A stretch of DNA of 64,000 nt, from positions 1,118,001 through 1,182,000 of the forward strand of contig MU054391.1 in assembly GCA_013239625.1 (NCBI GenBank), given 5' to 3'. The notes below the pieces were generated by a model, which searched no databases, was not told where the DNA came from, and was given only the letters and a program-made list of their open reading frames with translations. Source of the stretch: Lama guanicoe (Eukaryota). Position 1 is the first letter of the stretch, and every line of letters starts with the position of its first letter. This document shows, one piece after another, positions 1 through 11,800 of this stretch. Both the position numbers and the translations under genes were made by a program.

Positions 1-613
1 TCCGCCCTACCTTTTTTCTTTGATTTTCTCAAGCTGTAATCTATCCCCATTTCTTCTGAAGGTCATCATTTTCAAACAAGAGAAAACTAGTCCAGGGCTG
101 CAAGGGTGGCCTTCCCGTGCCAGAATCACAGTTTGCACTCAGTGTCACCAGACCGTGATCAAGACATCGTCATGGTCTGGCAGGGGTGGCTTTCCAGATA
201 TCAGTTTGATGTATTATCATAATTAAAATTTTCTCATGGCTTCTTACCGTCAGCTGAGGAGGAGGAAGGCGGCTCCCTGCCACCGTCCCAGGAGCCCAGA
301 AGCATCCAGCGTTGATCCCTGCTCTGCATGAACATGTGGCAAATCAGCTGGGGGGAGGGGAGGAAGTTAAGGCACTAGGGCCCAGCGATTTCTTCTGCTC
401 TGAAAATGCCAGGGTTTGGTGCAGTCCTGCCTACTCTGACGGGGGCTGAGGTGTGTCACAAAGCTCACAGAGCTGAATGTCCAGATCCGTTCCTGTGGTG
501 CTCTGTGGCCCAAATGTTTTCCCTGCTCTTTTTGCACCTAATATTTTTGTCAGTCATTTTTTTTTTAAGTTTTTCTTTTTAATGTTGAGTACTGAGGTCA
601 CGGCCCCAAACGT

Positions 614-644
614 CAGACAGACAGACAGACAGACAGACAGACAG
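614..644. repeat. (CAGA)n microsatellite
   Basis: About 7-8 perfect CAGA units read directly. Confidence 0.95.
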
Positions 645-649
645 GTGAC

Positions 650-1415
650 ACAGAAAATCACAACTTACTGAAGCAGAAACCTCCCAGGAGGTGGCAGTGG
701 GTAGGAGGCCCTAAACCCCAACTGACAAATAGATGGAGGGCAAGTCTGAGGGGTGAAGACTCCACTGGGGGCCCCGTAACCCAGGGCCCCCACACTTCTG
801 TGAGTTTTACCTCCAGGAGCTCTACCAGGTTCTCACAGTAGAAACGGGAGAAGATTTCCACCGAGTTTCATCAGAGGGACGTGAAAGAAGCCATGTGAAC
901 GACACCAGAGCGCTCTGTTCCTAACACGTGCTGCTCAGGAGGAACCATCTGACCAGACTCCAATCTCTGTAGGGTTTGTCAAACACATCTGACCTGCAGG
1001 AAGGCCATCTAGCCATCCTGTTCCACATGAGGTTGGGGGTAACACTGAGAAACACCTGTCCAGTGTTCACCAAAGGAAGGCATTCGAAAAGGCAAAAACT
1101 GCAGTTTGAAATGATAGACCAGGCTTCAGAATCAAGTCAGATAGAGCAAGAATATTGAAATTGTCAGACCAGCAAGTTAAAGTTATTATGATTAAAATGC
1201 TAAGTGCTTTAATGGAAAAAGTGGACAACAGGCAAAAACAGATGGGTAATACAGACAGAGAGAAGGAAATTCTGATGGAAAAAAATCAAAAGCAAATGCT
1301 AGATGTCAAAACCATTGCAACAGAAGTGAGGAACGCCCCTGGTGGACTTGTGAGCGGACGGGACCCAGCTGAGGAAGGACCCTGTGAGCTGGAGGGCAGT
1401 CCGCAGGAACACAAT
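650..1415 (+). mobile_element. Old L1M 5' region / ORF1 coiled-coil remnant
   Basis: ORF 1155-1421 (IMIKMLSALMEKVDNRQKQMGNTDREKEILMEKNQKQML) resembles old L1 ORF1p N-terminal coiled coil. The left boundary is approximate. Confidence 0.65.
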
Positions 1416-2940
1416 CCCTAACGGAGTCTCAGCTGCCTCCTTGTAGAGACTGGCAAACTAATTCTAAAATTCATACGGAATTGCCAAGGACCAGGGTAGC
1501 CAAGACACTTCTGAAAAAGAAAAACAAAGGAGGAAGACATACACTTCATGGTTTGAAAACTCACTACAGAGCAGCAGTCACCAACAGAGTGTGATTCTGT
1601 CCAAGGTTGTCATATGGTTCAGCGGACGAGAAGTGAGAACCCAGAAATGAACCCAAACGTCTTCAGCAACAGGCAAGACCATCCAACAAATGGTGCTGGG
1701 ACAACAGGATGGCCGTGTGCAAAAGTATGAAATTGGACACTTACCTCACACCATACACAAGAATTAGCACAAGATGGATCAAACAGTTAAATGTAGTAAC
1801 TGTAAAACTCAGAAGAAAACATGGGGTGAATATTCATGGCTTTGGATGTAGCAAAGGATTCTTACATATGACACCAAAGGTACAAATGCAAGAAGAATTA
1901 GATACACTGGACGTCGTCAAAATGAGAATGTGTGCTTCAAAGAACACCATCAAAAAAGTGGGAAGAGAACCCAGAGACAGAATACATTTGCAAATCGCAT
2001 ATCGGGTAAAGGACGTGTATGAAGAATATGTAAAGAACACTTGGGACTCAATGATAAAAAGACAAACAACCCAATTAAAAAATTGGCAAAGCATCTGAAT
2101 AGACGTTTCCTCAAAGATACACAAATGTCCAATATGCACATGTAAAGATGCTCCACATTTGCAGGCGTCAGATTAAATCAAATCAAGTCAGAAGCGCGAC
2201 GAGGCACTGAATCCCTCCAACAGGACGGCTGGAATGCAGAAGCCGGATGACAGCAAGTGTTTTGACAAGCGTGGGGAGCCGGAGCCCTCGACACTGTCAG
2301 TGGGAGCGTAAAGCGGTGCAGCTGCGCTGGAAAACAGGCTGGCAGTCCTTCGGGGGGTTAAATTTAGAGTTTCCACGTGACCCAGCATTTCTGCTCCTAG
2401 GTGTCCACCCAAGAGAAACGAAACCTTAAGTCCATACATAAATCTGTACACAGATGTTTATACCAACATTTGTCATAGTCAAAAGGCAGAAATGACCCAA
2501 AATGCCATCAGTTCTCAAATGCATGAAGAAGATGCAGTATATCCTTACAATGGAAACCTATTTGGCCATAAAAAAGCATGAAGTGCTGACACGTTTCCTT
2601 GTGGTAGGATCCTGAAAGCACCATGTTAAGTGAAAGAAGCAAGTCACGAAACATCACACTTCATGCAACTCCGGGACGGAAGTGTCCAGAGCAGGAAATC
2701 CTTAGAGATACAAAGTAGACACAGCAGCTCTGCGGTTACCTAGGCCGAAGGGTGGGGTGGAGGTGGGAGGCAGGAGGTGACAAGGACATGAGTCTTCTCT
2801 TTGGGGTGACAGAGACGTCCAGAGCTGACCATGGTGGTGGCTGCAGGTGGCTGCGAATGTGCTGGAAAACACTGGCCTGAGTAACTGGGAAAATTCCATG
2901 CTTTGTAAGTTGCATCTCAATGACGCTGTCGAAAAAGAGT
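1416..2940 (+). mobile_element. Old L1M (L1MB/MC-like) ORF2 C-terminus and 3' UTR, decayed
   Basis: L1 ORF2 motifs (ILKFIRNCQGP, CKSMKLDTYLTPYTRISTRWIKQLNV, CASKNTIKKV) with stops and frameshifts, followed by typical 3' UTR text (GACCCAGCATTTCTGCTCCTAGG, AAGTGAAAGAAGC). Confidence 0.88.
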
Positions 2941-3229
2941 GCCCCCTCATGCCCTCCCCATCTCTGCAGATGTGTCACACAGCGGAGCCCCGACCCCCAG
3001 GGCCACGGGCCCACAAGCGAGGGCTTCTTCTGAGTCCGCTTGCTCACACTTGAAATTAGGAGACGGAGGGTTTTCCCCTAGACCTGGACATCTTTGATTA
3101 ATTAAAAATAGATAAAATTTGAACAGTCTGATAACTGTGTGTAGAATTAACTGATTCGAAGGTGCTTTTGGAAAGTTTGTTTTTGTTTTAATTCCTTTCA
3201 TTAAATATCTACGTTAGATTAAGGGCTAT

Positions 3230-3450
3230 TTATTTTATGTTTTCTTTTCTACGGAAGTACAGTTGTTGCACAATAGTATCTGTTACAGGCGCGTGGTATA
3301 GCGGTTCACCGTTTTTAAAGCTTTGCTCCATTTATTTTGTTATAAACGACTGGCTGTGTCCCCCGTGCTGTGCAATGTGTCCTTGTAGCTCATTTCGTAC
3401 CCGACGGTTTGCACCTCTTCCTCCCCGCCCGGTGCCGCCTGCCCCCGCCC
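3230..3450 (-). mobile_element. Artiodactyl-type L1 3' end
   Basis: T-rich tail then GAAGTACAGTTG...GTTACAGG...TTTTTAAAG...TCCTTGTAGCT...TTTGCACCTCTT, the reverse complement of an L1 3' terminus. Confidence 0.8.
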
Positions 3451-3456
3451 ACTCCA

Positions 3457-3530
3457 GCAGGCGTCACGCTCAGTGAAGTAGGTCAGACAGAGGAAGACAA
3501 AGGGCGTGATGCCACTTACATGAGTCTGCC
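3457..3530 (+). mobile_element. Inverted L1 3' UTR fragment abutting the previous element
   Basis: GCTCAGTGAAGTAGGTCAGACAGAGGAAGACAAA matches L1 GCTAAGTGAAATAAGTCAGACAGAGAAAGACAAA. Confidence 0.75.
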
Positions 3531-5909
3531 TGAAAGAGGCAACTCTCTAGAGTTCCCTAAAGTAAATCTAAATTTTTCTAAATGAACTTGTTTGAAACTA
3601 AACCTCAGTGCGAGCCTAAGCAAGGCGACCGGTGATGAACTCAAAGGGCAAAAAAACGGCAACATATGAAACGCACCGCTTGTGCTAAGACGTGCGAGCC
3701 GACCGACGCGGCGCCCGTGCCACCAGCAGCGCTGCCCAGCGCCCGGCGGCCGCGGCTCGGGCAGGCCGGCATCCGCGACGCGGGGCTTGGTCACTTGACA
3801 GACCTGACCGCCTGCTTTGTGTATTCTTTCTATGCTTTGCCCCATTAAAACGAATGAGAGGCTAGTTTAACCCCTCATGTGCTGGTTGCGCTCTAACTGC
3901 ATCACGAACACTAGCTCATGGTGGATGTCTGCACACAGACACCCCCCAGGCTTGTGCCGGACGCTCCGAGCCACCGCCCAGGTGCCAATGAGACACAGTG
4001 GACAAGAGCGCCCGCAGGGAACGTTTGTGGAAGTGGTGGACTTGGCGAAGGACAGCGAGCAAGTGAACAACTAAGCAAAATTCCTAGGGGATTTTGTCAA
4101 ATGCTGTGAGCTCCCCCAAAATAATAGTAATTAGGTAAGGGTGCAGACCGAGCCTTGGGGGTGCTCACTGAACACTGAGAGCGTTGTCCAGCAATCTGCA
4201 TGTTTTCCATAAGGGGTTCCCAGGTAAGGCTGCACCTAATTGGGATTCACTCCAACTCACATTTTGATGGGGGCAATCACGAGGACATTAATAATTCACA
4301 CCATGCTCTGTACTTCTCTGCTTTTGCTCAATGTGCTAATAAAGAGGCTTTCTTTGCAATGAGTTATAATCAGACATTTTACAGTGAATTCCAGCCAACA
4401 GTGTCAGACAACAAAGGAGTATTACCTGCATCTTTAATTGCTATCAGCCAGGAAAATTATCCGAAATATGGAATTCTTTCATTTCTTCTCAAGATAAATT
4501 GACAAAAATTATTTTAAAAAAACAACATTTTCCAAAGAGTATTCTTTAGAATGCCAGATCGAAGGTATAAATTTAAGTAAAACAGAGATGAAACATATTT
4601 GTGAAAGGCTGGCTTAAGCAAAGTCGAACTGTTCCTTGTCTTTTTCCTCTCTTGGGCATTTCAGAGCCTTTCCTATTCCGTCTGCTTTGGATCTGACCTG
4701 CAAGGCGTGTGACACCCGCGGGTTCAAGCTTCTCGGTGACAGAAAGTAGCACTTTCTGCACTGGCCGTGTCGTATGGTTTGAAAACAATGGTGTAAGTTT
4801 TCCTTAATTCACTTCTTTTCTTCTGTTTTTTGTATTTGCCTTCATACTGCCTTAAAAAGAAGCGGCACGGAATTGGGGAACTACACCAAACCAAAAAAGA
4901 GACCTTCTGAACCACCCTTTCAGTCAAAAGGCTCTGCTTGCCTGTGCACAAGGTTGGTAAAACCAGACAGAAAGTGTGTGTTATTTTTACTAAAGCCTTA
5001 TTCCAAGCAGACAAAGCAGCCTGCATTGCAGACGTGGCTGATAAGCCAGTGGGAGGAATTTGGTGGAGAACTTACCCCGTGCCTTGTGCAGGTGACTCTG
5101 AAAGCGTCTGTCAGGCGCCGCGGAGGCAGAGCAAGCCCTGCCCTCCTGGAGACGGCGTTTCTCGCAGAAAGGGAGCAGGCAGACGGGTGACAAGGCCGAA
5201 GACCGCGAGTGGCAGGAAGCGGGGGAGCCAGGACGGGGCGGGTGGTGGAGTGTGAGAGGCTTTACATGGCTGTTTGGGGGACTGTGAGGGAAGGGGATCT
5301 TTTAAAATCCTCACGGTGGTCTGCATGGCGGGAATGTGTGGGTGAAGAGCCCGCGGCCCCCGCGTGGAGAGGCAGGCGGTCGTCATGGCCCTGAAGCAGA
5401 GCGCGACCGTAAACATGCAACCCTGAGCAACGCCTACTGCGTAGTGGTCCTCGGCCAACACGCGCACAGCCATACGACCCAGGTTTAAACTGGAAAAGCG
5501 CAAATACCCGCTTCCATGACGGCTTTATTGACGATGTATCGTAACTACCGGGTCCTCCGGAGGGGGCTGCCCCAGTGCAGAGCACTGGTGCAGATCGGTC
5601 ATTTCTCCACACACGGCGCTCCCCTCTTGCTCCCCGGGATTTGAGACGCTGGACAGCAAAGGTAGAAAGGGTATTATGACTCATGTCTTTGGCAAAAGAT
5701 CATTCGACAACAGAATCAAAAATAGAAACAAAAATACTAAGAATTTACTGAAACAACAAAAGGGATATATATTCATGACTAATGTGGATTTTGCCCCTTT
5801 CAAAAATCACACACACCACTGTCTATTGCCAATCCTGTCAAAATTAACATAATTTAAGATAACACTGAAATGACTCTTTTCAAACCAAAAAACTTAAAAC
5901 ATGTTTAAA

Positions 5910-7206
5910 AATACAATTATAACACCAAGTGCATGGTTCATGAAGGGAAAAAATGAGAGATTGGACTTCATTAAAATTTAAAACTTCTGCTCTGCAAAAG
6001 GCACCATTAAGAGAATGAAAAGGCCCACTACAGACGGGGGGAGAAGCTTCACCAAACGCAGATCTCAGTGAGACCCGGGATCCCAAATAAACAAAGGACT
6101 TCAGAACTCAGCAGTGAGGAAACAAACTGCCAAACTGAAAAGTGGGCAGAAGACCCGAGCAGACCCCTCACTGAAGAAGACATGCAAACGAGCGCGAGGG
6201 AAGACGCAGGCAGAAAACAGGGTGCTGAGCACCCCACGTGGCGTGAAGGGCAAAACAACAAGTAGTGGGAGTGGTGGAGTAGATGAGGCGTTTCACATTA
6301 CAGTGCCTGCCGCTGAGGAACTGCAAATTAAAACAACACCGAGAGACCAGCGCTCACCTGCCAGAATGACCAAAACCCAGCACTGACAACGGCAAATGCT
6401 GGTGAGACGTGGAGCAACGGGAGCTCCCGTCCGTGGCTGGTGGAAGGCAAAACGGTGCACTTTGGAAGCCGGTTTATACAAACCTAAATACGCTCTTCCC
6501 GTGCGATCCAGCAATCTCACTCCTTGGCATTGACCCACAGGAGCTGAAAACTTACATCCACACGAAAACCTACACAGGGATGTTTACAGCAGCTTGATTC
6601 GTAGTTGCCAGCACTTGGTAACAACCAAGACACCCTTCGGTGGGTGAATGCCTGGGCTGCGTCAGGCGGCAGAATGTTAGTTAGCCCTCAAGAGAAGTGA
6701 GCCATCTAGCCACGAAAAGACGTGGAGGAAGCTTGACCTCATATCACTAAGTGAAAGAAGCCAATCTGAAAAAGCTACATACTGCGTGATCCAAAAAGTA
6801 TGGCATTCTGGAAGGGCAGAACTATGGAGACAGAAAAGAGATCGGGGGTTGCCAGGAGAGGGCGGAGGATGGGAGGAGGGGCGAACCCCTGGAGCACAGG
6901 AGAAGGTCAGGGCGGTGAGACGATTGTGCGATACCATAATGACGCACACGTGACGGATTTGTCGGAACCCACAGAATGCACAGCACAGAATGCACCCTAA
7001 GGTAAATGATGGGTTTTAGTTAATAACAACGTTTTAGCATTAGTTCCTCAGTTTTAGCTATGTGTCGTACTAACTCCAATTCAACACGTTAATGGCGGAG
7101 GAGTCCGTGGGGGAGGGGGAGGGGTTTACGGGACTTCTCTGTACCTTCTGCTCTTTTTTCTATAAACCTAAAAGTGCTCCAAAAAGTAAAGTTCATTAAT
7201 TAAAAA
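5910..7206 (+). mobile_element. L1MC-like 3' portion (ORF2 end and 3' UTR)
   Basis: TTGGACTTCATTAAAATTTAAAACTTCTGCTCTGCAAAAG; DPAISLLGIDPQELKTYIHTKT; L1MC-type terminus CTCTGTACCTTCTGCTC...AACCTAAAAGTGCTCCAAAAAGTAAAG. Confidence 0.88.
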
Positions 7207-9663
7207 TAATGAAACAATACAATTATGATGGCAAAGACTCTATAAATTTGTTGTAAACACCAGCATGTTAGAATTGGAGCTTATGCTTCAAAATATCACA
7301 GCCCCTTAATCCTGCGACGGCCTTTCTCACAGCACGAAAAGGAAGCAGCCCAGAGCACGCTTGCCCTCACGAGGCTGCCCCGTGACTTGATCACGCCTCC
7401 ACCACGCGTGCAGCTTTCACCCGATTACTTCTGCGCACTTTACAGTTTATTCACAAGGAAACTGTTGTTGTTGATACTGTTGAGAGCTGACAAACTCCAG
7501 CTTCTAAGTAAACACCACGGAGATGTGGAGCCCAAAGGGAATGCTCTACTTCCACCCAAAGAAGAAACCTTGGGGACTGACTGTCAGGACCCTCCTGACA
7601 GAGAGAGCCCACCGCTGGGGCCGTGCGGACCACCCTCTGGAAGGTGCCTTCTCCTGCCCCATCCTGTCTTGGCTCTTGGGTTGTATTCCCAGATTGCCTT
7701 GTGTTGCCTTGTACCCAGCCCCAACCCCACAGAGCGCCTCCTACTCACGTTCGCCACCTGTTTGTCCACCCCCGCTAAGGAAAGTCCTCGCCTGGCAAAC
7801 TGTACTGGAGCATGAAGGCCCTTCCTTCCTGTAAGTGGAATCTGCCCCTCCGTCCTCCACGTGCCCAGGCACCACCTCTCCTGGGCTCTGTGACCTGCTG
7901 AGGGCTCCCGGCACCTGCCTTTGGATGCCTCCAGCTTCCATTTTGCAATGAGAGCAAAAACCTTTTTTCCATGAAAACCAGCACACGCTCCTACTGAGAC
8001 CCCTCCAATGGCCTCCGTTTGGCGTCGAGACAAGGCACACACATGCAGCGGCCCCTCGGCCGTATTTGCGAGCTGGCTCTGCTTCCCTCACTGGCCTGAT
8101 CTCCTTGCCTCTACGCCCCCTCAGTCCTCTTGCCGCGGGGAGGTTTCAGTCCGTTGTGCGTGCTCACACACGCTGCGGTCGGGACCCCTCCCGTTCCTGA
8201 CCGCTTCCTCTGTGTGTGCTTCTGAAGCGCGCTCCCCTCCTTCGCAGCTCTTTTTGTATTTGCAATATTGTGCAATGATTTATGTAACTATTTTGGTCAC
8301 GTCTCTTCCACCACTGTAGGCTCTACAAAGCAGTGTTTCCTCTCTCCTCGTCACGCTACCCCAAGCACTTCGAATGACGCCAGGTAATTAATAATAATCA
8401 CGATCTCTTGAACCCATCCACTGCCTCACATCTGACTGCCACTGCCTTGATTCACGGCCCCTCACCTCTCACAGAGGAGACCAGACCCGCCCGACTAACC
8501 AGGGACCTGGCCTTGGCCCCCCCACCCTTTCTCCACGCTCCGCCGGACAAGCCCTACTGAGCGCGAGCTAAGCAGTGACGCTCCTGCGTAAACCCTGCGG
8601 CAGCTGCCCCTGCGCTCAGCCCAGAGCCGGAACCCTGACGCACAGTATACAACACTTGTCATATTTTGTCATCTGCTATCTGTGCAGCTGCGCACAGAGG
8701 TGGAGCCGGCTCATTCCTTATACGCCTCCTGCAGGTCGTGTCTTTCAAACACGCTGAATTACTTGTAAGTTACGCGAACAGAGCAAGTCAGAGGATGGGG
8801 TTAAGCCCCATGGCAACAGGGGCTTGGCCCTTCCAGACATTTCCAGGTTCTAGTGGCCCCAGACCGGTCAGCATAACCCCTGAATGACGGGGACACATCA
8901 CTGCACTGCACTACCCATCACAAAAAAAGACAACGTTTTTAGGGCCCCTTTGGATTTTGGAGACAAAATATGCCACATCTGAATGTGTGTCTGATTCATT
9001 TACCAAGCAACCCACACAACTGTCCATGGTAAGTTGGTCTCCAATGAAGTTGTAGCAGGTCTGAACCATAAGGGGGCTGCCTCATGACCTGGGTCCTCTA
9101 TGGCCTGATGGGCCTGGAGGGGTCCCAGCCAGCTGCAGCGAATAAGGTGCTGTGCAGAGCCTCTGACAACAGCCGGCAGGAAACCACATCACAGGCCCCT
9201 GGAATCTGAGGGGAAAAAAGCTTGTCCTCTTCCCTCTTCTGCAAATAGTCATTGTCCTTGAGAGAGCTCCTGGCTTCCTCTGGGCCATGGTGACTACAGA
9301 CCACCCAGGCACGGGGCCCCAGGTGGCCTGCAAATGAAAGAGCTGATGCCGTGAGGTGTGCACGAGGGGCGGGAAGCTCCCGCCAGCCGCGTCCGCGTGC
9401 GTCCCAGCAGAATCCCCCATGTTGCGGGGCTCCCTCCCCATCCCCCACACCTGTGGCTACAGGGGAGCTCCCTGTAACAAGCTGATCAGTGAGAGAGAAC
9501 GTGGCCCTGGTTCACAGGTGAGTCCCTGCCATGTGCTGACCCCAGGGGGGTGAGCTTCTGCCCCTGGCTGGTCCTCACCACAGAGTGACGGAAAGAAGAC
9601 CCTGCCAAGGGCGGAAACTGCAACCTGTCAACAGGCTGCCTTATCTACCAGACGTGGCCGGAA

Positions 9664-9752
9664 GTGCGGGCGCGCGTGGATCTGTGGGCGTGCGTGGAAC
9701 TGCGGGTGCGCGTAGATGGCGGGTGCGCGTGGATGCGCAGGTGTGCGTGGAT
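9664..9752. repeat. ~18-bp GC-rich minisatellite, 5 degenerate copies
   Basis: Units such as GTGCGGGCGCGCGTGGAT / CTGTGGGCGTGCGTGGAA / CTGCGGGTGCGCGTAGAT. Confidence 0.85.
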
Positions 9753-10079
9753 GTACAGGCAGTGGTTAGCTGTCTAGCCTGATGGCCAGGATGTGGAAGG
9801 AGCAGGGTTGGAGAATTTCTGACCAGGTCTGTGAGAGAAGAGTGTAGACGAGCCACCCGGAGTGGACAGTGTGTGGGGCCCTGGGGCCCTGAGCGCACCA
9901 CTGCAGAGGGCTCTGGCCATAACCAAGGAGGGGCGGCCGACTCTCTGGGCTCTGGCTCACGCCCTTCCCGAGTGCCCCACACCTGTCCGTGGGCGTGCTC
10001 ACAGCAGGACTGCGCAGCGGCAGGAGGGGGTCTCCACAGAGTGGGCTCTTTCTCACCAAGGTCAGTCAGGCCACTCCCT

Positions 10080-11062
10080 CTGTTAGATTCCTGGGCTGCC
10101 AGCACAAAGCGCCACAAAAGGGGGGGCTTACAACAACAGAAGTTCATTCTCTCACAGTTCTGGGAGCCAGCAGTGTGAATTCATGGTGTCGGCAGGGCCA
10201 CGCCCCTCCATGTGGAGGGGGCCTTCCTTGCCTCTTCCAGCCACCAGTGGAGGCTGGTGGCTGGAGGCTGGTGGCTGGCAGTCCTGGTGCTCCTCTGCCC
10301 GTGGCTGCTTCACACCAGTCTCTGCCTCTGTCGTCACTTCATCTTCATCCGTCCCTCTGGGTGTGTCTGAGTGCTCAAATCTCCCTCATCCTATAAAGAC
10401 ATGAGTCATTGGAGCAGGGGCCACTCTACTCTGATATAACCTCATTTTAACTTGGTTACATCTGCAAAGACCTTATTTCCAAATAAGGTCACCTGCACAG
10501 GTACCAGGAGTTAAGACCTGAGTATGTGAACGAAAAATACTGCCAGCTGTATCAGAAAAACAACGCTGCGGGCCTCAAGTCATCAGCCGCTACCGCCACC
10601 ACCGCCACTGAGCGGAGGGAGCTCAGGGCACGGACCAGTAGGCAGCCCGGCCTCCGCGGCCCCCCAGCAGTTCCCCCGAGGGGACTCAGGGCAGGGAAGG
10701 ACAGGACCCTGGTCCTAGACAGCTAGGTGCATGTCAAAGGAATGATTTCAGTGAGCCCAGACCTTTGCACCCCCCCATACCTAAAAAAGTGCTGAATTCC
10801 TTAACCTGAGATGTCTGGTTTGTTTTATTTAACAGTCATCTCATGAGGTTCCAACTCCCTGGTCTTTCTTGCAAAAGCTCGTACATCCTGGCTTCTCCCT
10901 TATCACTTTGGAGCAGTCCCTCAGAGAGCTCTGAGAGGCTGTGTCCTGGGCTTAAGTCCTCAGAAATGTCCACCAAATGAAACATAACTCAGCTTTCAGG
11001 CTGTGCATTTCATGTCAGTGGGTAAGCGTATCTTTCGGGGAGACATGATTCAACCTACAACA
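10080..11062 (-). mobile_element. MaLR MLT1 (MLT1B/C/D-like) solo LTR, split by an ERV1 LTR
   Basis: GGCTTACAACAACAGAAGTTCATTCTCTCACAGTTCTGG and ACATCTGCAAAGACCTTATTTCCAAATAAGGTCAC. The terminal piece TATCTTTCGGGGAGACATGATTCAACCTACAACA resumes at ~11025-11062. Confidence 0.88.
10525..11024 (+). mobile_element. ERV1-type solo LTR (laurasiatherian/cetartiodactyl family)
   Basis: Starts with TG. Contains GGAATGATTTCAGTGAGCCCAGAC, GGAGCAGTCCCTCAGAGAGCTCTGAGAGGCTG and GGGCTTAAGTCCTCAG...AAACATAACTC, typical of ungulate ERV1 LTRs. It interrupts the MLT1. Confidence 0.75.
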
Positions 11063-11109
11063 CTGCGGCTTCTGACCCCCAGCCTTTGAGTGGAAGAGGC
11101 CAAGGCTCA

Positions 11110-11800
11110 GCCCCTGAGGCAGCGCCGCTTCTGGGCGGGGAGGGGATCCAGCCACGACAGCAGTGGTGGCCGGCAGAGCAGCAGTGGGCGCCGCCCCTCC
11201 TGACCGCAGCGCGCGCTCCCCGCCCAGGGGCTCTTCCAGCCGTCGGAAAGCCCTGCTGAGACTCAGTCACACACGACGAGGAGACCGCGCCCCGTGAGGT
11301 CGGGGTGCTGTCCCCCAGGTGGAGGTGCACGCCTGGAGCCTGCGGCCCTACAGAGCCCTGAAAGCGTGGGTCTCCGAGTCAAGGACGAGAAGTGGGAGTG
11401 GCGCCCCAGGTGAGTACCGCCGACAAGGCACCGAGCCTTGGTCTGTGTGTCTCTGGACTCCAGGTGCCCGGGTTAGAGCTACTGATCCCCTAGAGTGAAA
11501 GCACTTGTACTAGTGGGGACGACGGTGGTTCCATTGAACTGGAAGCCGCCACGGCCCTTTGTCCACGTGCCACTGAACCACTGGGCGAAAGGGGCCACCG
11601 CCTTGTCTGGGGCGAGTTACCCCAGTTATCAAGAGGAAACAGAGTTACGCTCTGCAGCGCAGCCAGGGGGAGGCCGGCCTCACAGGCAAGGAATTCCTTG
11701 GAGCGTCTCGACTGTGTCCCAGCAAAAGCGGAGAAGTAAGTACAGCCATTCGCCAAAAGCAGGGCCTACGGACCGGAGCCCCCGGGAACCAGGCCTGGGC
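11110..11800 (+). mobile_element. ERVL internal remnant: integrase C-terminus and dUTPase-like region
   Basis: ORF 11495 peptide GTTVVPLNWK...PLNHWAKGATALSGASYPSYQEETEL aligns with ERVL GDTTMIPLNWK...PLNQQAKKGVTVLAGVIDPDYQGEIGL. Upstream DNA is colinear with ERVL integrase (CTGCTGAGACTCAGT; GGGTCTCCGAGTCAAGG...GTGGGAGTGGCGCC). Confidence 0.8.
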
